A stretch of DNA of 64,000 nucleotides, taken from Psammoneis japonica. Its lineage: Eukaryota. The notes under the pieces were generated by a model, which saw only the letters and a program-made list of their open reading frames with translations, ran no database searches and was not told the origin of the DNA. Positions 58,978-64,000 of this stretch are shown here, piece after piece; the stretch's first letter is position 1, and each line of letters opens with the position of its first letter. A program made the position numbers and the translations under genes. The stretch is taken from the NCBI GenBank assembly GCA_008632985.1, contig QPGO01000014.1, forward strand, positions 62,001 to 126,000. The letters run 5' to 3'.

Positions 58978-60024
58978 ATGGCAACAGCTGCAAAGAATCC
59001 TACCGTCGTCGGAAGCAATCGCATGTCCGTCACGATCGCTGCCTCCCCGACACCAGAACAGGTGGCAGCGAGAGAGGCCCGGATCAAGCGAATCGTTTGG
59101 CGTGACTTTACCTTTCTGGTTTTCGCCGCGATTGGGGCTCACATGATGACCTATGTGGAGCTCAATGCCTCCAAGGCCGAGCTTCGTTATGGTGGTAAGG
59201 AATCGGACAGCGGCGTTGTGGATACAGGCTACATCCTGACTACTGGATTCTACGAGTTTTTGAAGGAGAACCGCAAGTGGAACGACATTTTTGCGGCTCT
59301 CAATTCGTTTGCTCTCTTCATTCCGGGTGTCTACACTGCCTACATTACTCTGTGGAAGGGAGACTTTGACTTGGCCTTTCGCTACTTTGCGACGCATCTT
59401 TTGCGTTCGTTTTGTGGATGGTTCACCTACCTTCCTCCCGATCCCGAGTATTTACCATCCAACTACGACTTTCCAGACATTTGGCAGTGTCTCTTGGTCA
59501 AGGACTGCACTCAGACGGTTGAAGCAGAAGTACTTCCCTTTGTTAGTTTCTTTTCAGGCCACGTCTCAACCATGGTGTGTACTGCCAACCACATGTACGT
59601 GCACGGGTACAAGAAACTTGGGGTCTTTTGTCATGTCATGAATGCTCTCCAGATTGTTCGTTTGTTGGCGACTCGTGGTCACTACTCCATCGACATGATC
59701 ATCGCGTGGTACGTGGCTGTCTATGTCAGCAACACGGCCGGTCGACTCGGCCGATACTATTCCAGAGGCAGGACCTTCTCCGATGCCGTGACTGGTGTGA
59801 CCCCCGTCGAGGCGTTTGAGAACCTTACGGGTGTTGCCGATGTCATTCAGGAACGACGCATTTCACGCCTCATGAAGAAACAAGACCTCGAGAAGGTCCT
59901 CAAGGAGATGGAAAATGATGAAGGTGAAATCATGGTGGAATCCACAACCGAGACGACTGCTACGCTCATGGCAGAGGAACTCGAACGTGTCGCTGCAACG
60001 CAGGGAACGAAAAAGGAGAATTAG
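58978..60024 (+). CDS. PDCT: Phosphatidylcholine:diacylglycerol cholinephosphotransferase-like (PAP2/SMS superfamily)
   Basis: DTGYILT, R..CG..TYLP, FFSGHV and RLLATRGHYSID motifs; several TM segments. Confidence 0.8.
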   Translation: MATAAKNPTVVGSNRMSVTIAASPTPEQVAAREARIKRIVWRDFTFLVFAAIGAHMMTYVELNASKAELRYGGKESDSGVVDTGYILTTGFYEFLKENRKWNDIFAALNSFALFIPGVYTAYITLWKGDFDLAFRYFATHLLRSFCGWFTYLPPDPEYLPSNYDFPDIWQCLLVKDCTQTVEAEVLPFVSFFSGHVSTMVCTANHMYVHGYKKLGVFCHVMNALQIVRLLATRGHYSIDMIIAWYVAVYVSNTAGRLGRYYSRGRTFSDAVTGVTPVEAFENLTGVADVIQERRISRLMKKQDLEKVLKEMENDEGEIMVESTTETTATLMAEELERVAATQGTKKEN

Positions 60025-60618
60025 ATGTTTGTCGGTTACTTTATTGTGTTGTGGTTATTGTTGTCGTTGTGTCGTGGGTTGGACCAATTAGTTAAGGAAC
60101 TCTTTTCCCTTGGCAGTAAGTCTGTAAGTCTTAATATAGTTGTCATCTATTTTTTGTATTCGAAGAAGAACTACAGTAAAATGCTCTCTAGTGCCAACTC
60201 GTTATCGCATTCTGTCGGGCAAGTGGCATGTCTATTGTATCAACAACTTTTACAACACGCGGCATGGTGCTTCATTTTTCTCCTTGATTCATCTTTGTAA
60301 AGGGATTTTGTCGTCCAGTTCGTTTTGGTGCCAGGCAAAAACCAAAAGCTTCCCTGCGCTCAAAAACTCAAAAAAGGCGCGAAAGTGAGCACCAATGACG
60401 TCATGAGATCCATAACATTCATGATATGAAAATATGGATATTTGTGAATCTCGTGTCATTTTCAATTTGTCATTCTCAGGTGTTTCTCTGTTTGTGCGCA
60501 GACGTTGAAGCAGGTTGCGCGGCATGGTCAAATGCGCCTTTGTTGAGCTGCCAAGCTGTAAAACAACAACTGCTTGATACATCTCATCCATATCAGCAGC
60601 AGCAGTAGTGGTGGGGGC

Positions 60619-61607
60619 ATGTTGGCGCCAACAACAAGGCGAAAGCTTAGCATGATGAAACAAAGAAAACAAAAGGAACAATTGCGACAATTCTGCGCGC
60701 TCGGTCTCTTGGCTGTCATGGTGTTGGTGTTTATTGTATCTCAAGTATCCTACTCTCGTTCGGCACGAGCAAGACGAACACAACCAAAAAAGCTTAGAGG
60801 AGGCAATAATGTTTGGGTGACAAAAGCGTCCAGCGTTTCAATGACAATTCAGTCGCAAGCTCCGCGACGCACTTGATTATGGTGGCCGGTCATGCTGTAA
60901 CGATTTCTTCCGGCAATTTGGAAAATGCAGAAACAGATGAAGGAGTGTGGTTTCTGTACGATTATCAAAAGGGCTCAGGTATACCACAAGCGATTGTTGC
61001 TCACATTCGAGCGGGAATTGAAGAAGCAGCGAAAGACCCGAATTCACTCTTGATCTTTTCGGGTGGAGAAACACGAGCTGCAACCGGACCCTTGACAGAG
61101 GGAAGTTCCTATTTTCGTGTAGCGGATGCCATGAATTTATGGCCCTCCAATGTCCGAGCACGGACTGTAACAGAAGAATACGCATCCGACTCGTTTGAGA
61201 ATCTCATGTTTTCCATTTGTCGCTTCAAAGAGGTTACGGGATCGTATCCCACCAAGATTACCGTCGTCTCCTTTACATTCAAGCAGCGGCGGTTTGAGGA
61301 GTTGCATGCCAAGGCTCTACATTGGCCGCTGGCAAGATTTAGCTATATTGGAGCGGACCCACCATCCACCAGCGGATTTGATTTGGAAAAGTCGTCACAG
61401 GGAGAAATGGAAAATGCGGCGCGACCCTTCGAGTCGGATCCGTATGGTTGTCACTCGACTGTATTGATTGAAAAGAGAAAGTCACGTAATCCTTTCCAAC
61501 GGACTCCGCCCTATGATTTGACCTGTCCTGACATGAAGGATCTTATGCATTACTGCGGTCCACAAATATTTCCTCTAAGCAGCGTGCCATGGAAAGATTT
61601 GAAGTAA
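60619..61607 (+). CDS. DUF218-family protein with N-terminal TM (one apparent frameshift at ~60815)
   Basis: LIMVAGH, LLIFSGGETR, EEYASDSFENLMFSICRF, FK..RF..LH and DPYG. The N-terminal frame joins if the GGG run at 60815 is GGGG. Confidence 0.8.
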
Positions 61608-62467
61608 TAAAAGGTAGAAAAAAATCGATTTCACCATTTTGATGTATTTCGTTGTTGATTGCTGAGTCACAAAGCAGAGTGGTACTGTAGCAAATGCATT
61701 CGAACAACACAGTGAGTTACTGGTGGAAACCTCCACCAACATACAAAGGAGACAAAGCTGCAGAGGCATTTAAGATGCTTGACACTTGTTGGCACCTTCG
61801 ATACTCAGGTGGCTGAAGAGAGGTCGCCGTAATCTTACGATACCATGAACGACAAGTTAAGACCGTTTTTGTCGTGTTTGGTTCATAATATGTAACAAGA
61901 GATCACGCTCTAGAAGTACGAAAGAAAGTGAAGTGGCCCACAACATTGCGGATTGAAGTGCGTGCGATAAGATGTGGCAGAGGCGGGTCAAGGTGGATGG
62001 ATTCAACATCCCGTGCTTTCGACGATCAATAACTCGTAGATACCCCCCCCCAATTTTTGAGACCAAGATCCAACAGCACCAAAAAGTGATCAATAGGCCT
62101 TGGTCTCTGAGTTCATAGGCAACACTGGGCATCCCAAAGAATCCAAAATCACTTGAAATCTTCAGGTAGACTACCGGTCTCGGTGCAGAAACGGAAAACC
62201 ATGCTACTAAAGAAATATGCAGTAGATGCTGCATCGTCACGGAAGGCTGCTCGTCAAATGTTCTGAGCTCACCAATCCGATTCCGTTGTTGAGAAACCAC
62301 AATGATGTCGCCACGTTTGTTGCATCTAGCCATGATTATTTCGTAAAGTTAGGAGTGTTACCTCCGCGCCTCATTAGGTTGCAGAGACGATGTCAACTGG
62401 GTATGTCGTATTCACATATAATGGCCAACAAGATCATCCAAACCAGAACCCAACCAAAAAAGACATT

Positions 62468-64000
62468 CTAGCGTCTACCTGCCGGTCCACGCCTACTGGA
62501 ACGGGCTCCTGATCGGTCTCCGTGTTGCTGTTGCTGACCAGAGGGCGCTTGCGAACCACGTTGAGATTGAAAGCTCCTATGCATCGGTGAGCCTCCACGC
62601 CCGCGGCCATCCGCGCCCTCCCTTATTCCTTCCCGATCCATTCTAGGGCGCTTCGTGGAAGGCGGCGCCTCGCGTTCGTTGTTCCAGCCGTCGCCAGTGG
62701 GATCAGACTCTCTAGCGGGGGATCTGCCTCTCTTCACTCCGGCTACAGCCTCACTCCGTTGCCAACGCCCTTCTAATCCAGCAGGTGCTCGTCCTCGCTG
62801 AGGCCCAGGAGGCCCTCGGTCTCCTCTCCGGTCATCCTGCACTTGTTGGCGGTCTCTGTCGCCCTCAGTTGGCCTGCCACGTGGCTCTTCCCTTCCCCGG
62901 CGGCCGGCGTCTCGTGACAAATCTGGATTACTCAATCGGTTGGGGGGCATGGTCACTCCTTTGGGTGGTTCGAAAACGGGGGCTCGAGGATTTAGAACCG
63001 GTGACTAAGATAAACCAAAGAAAGCGTTGGCGGTGTGAGCGACATCATCTTTCATGCACACATCTGCGCATGACCAAAACGGTTCAACATACCTGAACTC
63101 TGGAACCTCCTCCAACCCCTCGGGAAGGAGGTCGTCTCCTTGCGTCTCTTCTATCGTCCCTTCTGCCATCTCGTCGGTCATCCCTACCTCTCGTGTGGCT
63201 TTCTCCAATCTCTGCTGTGATATTCTCACTGTCCCGTTTCATTTCCGCCAACTGCTTCGCTGCTTTCTTCTTCCTTTCTGCAGTAGCTGCACGTTCTTTC
63301 TCTACTCTTGCTTTAGTCACGGAAGCATCCTCTTCCTTCCAAACACCGTCATCACGTGCCTTGGTGACTTGAAACCCGTAGGACTGTGCCATAGCCCTGA
63401 TGTCTTGAAGGGGGTTGCTTTCTTCCTGTAGGGGTACAAGGGAGTCCATAATCTTCTCTCCGAGGAAGGGACGGGTTGGGTACACATCCACGATTCGTGT
63501 AAGAACAATGAGGCAAGCGCGGTTATGCATGTATTCCGAAGACTTGAGGCAACCAAGCGCTGCCTGGCCAATCGTAGCATGCCATTTATTGTACAAGATC
63601 TTGAAGTCGTCGTGCGATGCAGCGATTGCTTCTTCCGCGTTCTCTCCGTCGGAAGACAAGACTGCTCTCTCAATAAATGTCCCCGGCTGTTGAACACCAT
63701 ATTTACCAATCATGGTGTAAGACGCAATGTCAGAGACACACGCCTTCGATAAAACAAAGCTTCAGAAGTTCACGTACCTTTCCTGCGACCTCGTCTTCAA
63801 AAGTGTCTTCGTCGTACCTCCAACGGCTAATTACTTTCCAGGTTTCCCAAAGTAGAATGGCCATGTTTGCAGCTTCACCTTCGGAAACGCAGTACAACGT
63901 TCCAGCTATCGCATCAATCAATCCATCAAGGTACTGGAGAGTGCCGAAACCAGGCACTTCCAATTCGTGGAGCACAAAGGCAAATCTGGCACAGTATAGG
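62468..64000 (-). CDS. THOC2: THO complex subunit 2, 3' part (5' end beyond the window)
   Basis: Introns 63687-63777 and 63005-63092. CLKSSEYMHNRACLIVLTRIVDVYP and an Arg/Asp/Gly-rich tail. Confidence 0.85.

Noticed and set aside
60810..60820. Biological frameshift in the DUF218 gene
   Set aside because: A single missing G in a G-run explains it. Probable sequencing error.
61857..62333. 158-aa minus-strand ORF
   Set aside because: No recognisable domain. It may be 3' UTR or intergenic sequence downstream of THOC2.

Overview
Eukaryotic nuclear DNA, very probably from a diatom (short GT-AG introns, an ASAF-type plastid presequence, CoDi-like Copia and Ambal-like LINE relics). Two gene-dense arms (about 1.1-24.2 kb and 51.7-64 kb) carry about 20 genes, including RlmN, an MDR oxidoreductase, two cold-shock proteins, a Tweety-like protein, a tandem-GT7 protein, an NPPF methyltransferase, PSMA4, an ankyrin protein, a HET-YbjN-YbjN protein, SLC25A20, NDUFAF8, PDCT, DUF218 and THOC2. 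Between them lies a ~26 kb nest of decayed transposons: a 26-bp satellite with three MITE insertions, and a LINE containing a Copia element that contains a TRIM. The main signal is that old transposon DNA (1-870, 21.3-22.3 kb, 25-51.2 kb) has lost almost all CpG and almost all TpA, both converted to TpG/CpA. Conserved retroelement motifs show the TpA changes directly (Tyr to Cys, Ile to Thr/Met, Thr to Ala), and the surviving TpAs are mostly YTAR. Young MITEs inside the block and the host genes are spared. This suggests a RIP-like, repeat-targeted A:T to G:C mutation process acting alongside 5mC deamination. Other points of interest are a HET/TIR-like effector fused to two YbjN-like domains, a TRIM with a tRNA-like core, and palindromic TAGGGCCCTA/CTAG footprints, one of which frameshifts a gene. 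All counts were made by eye and no database searches were run.
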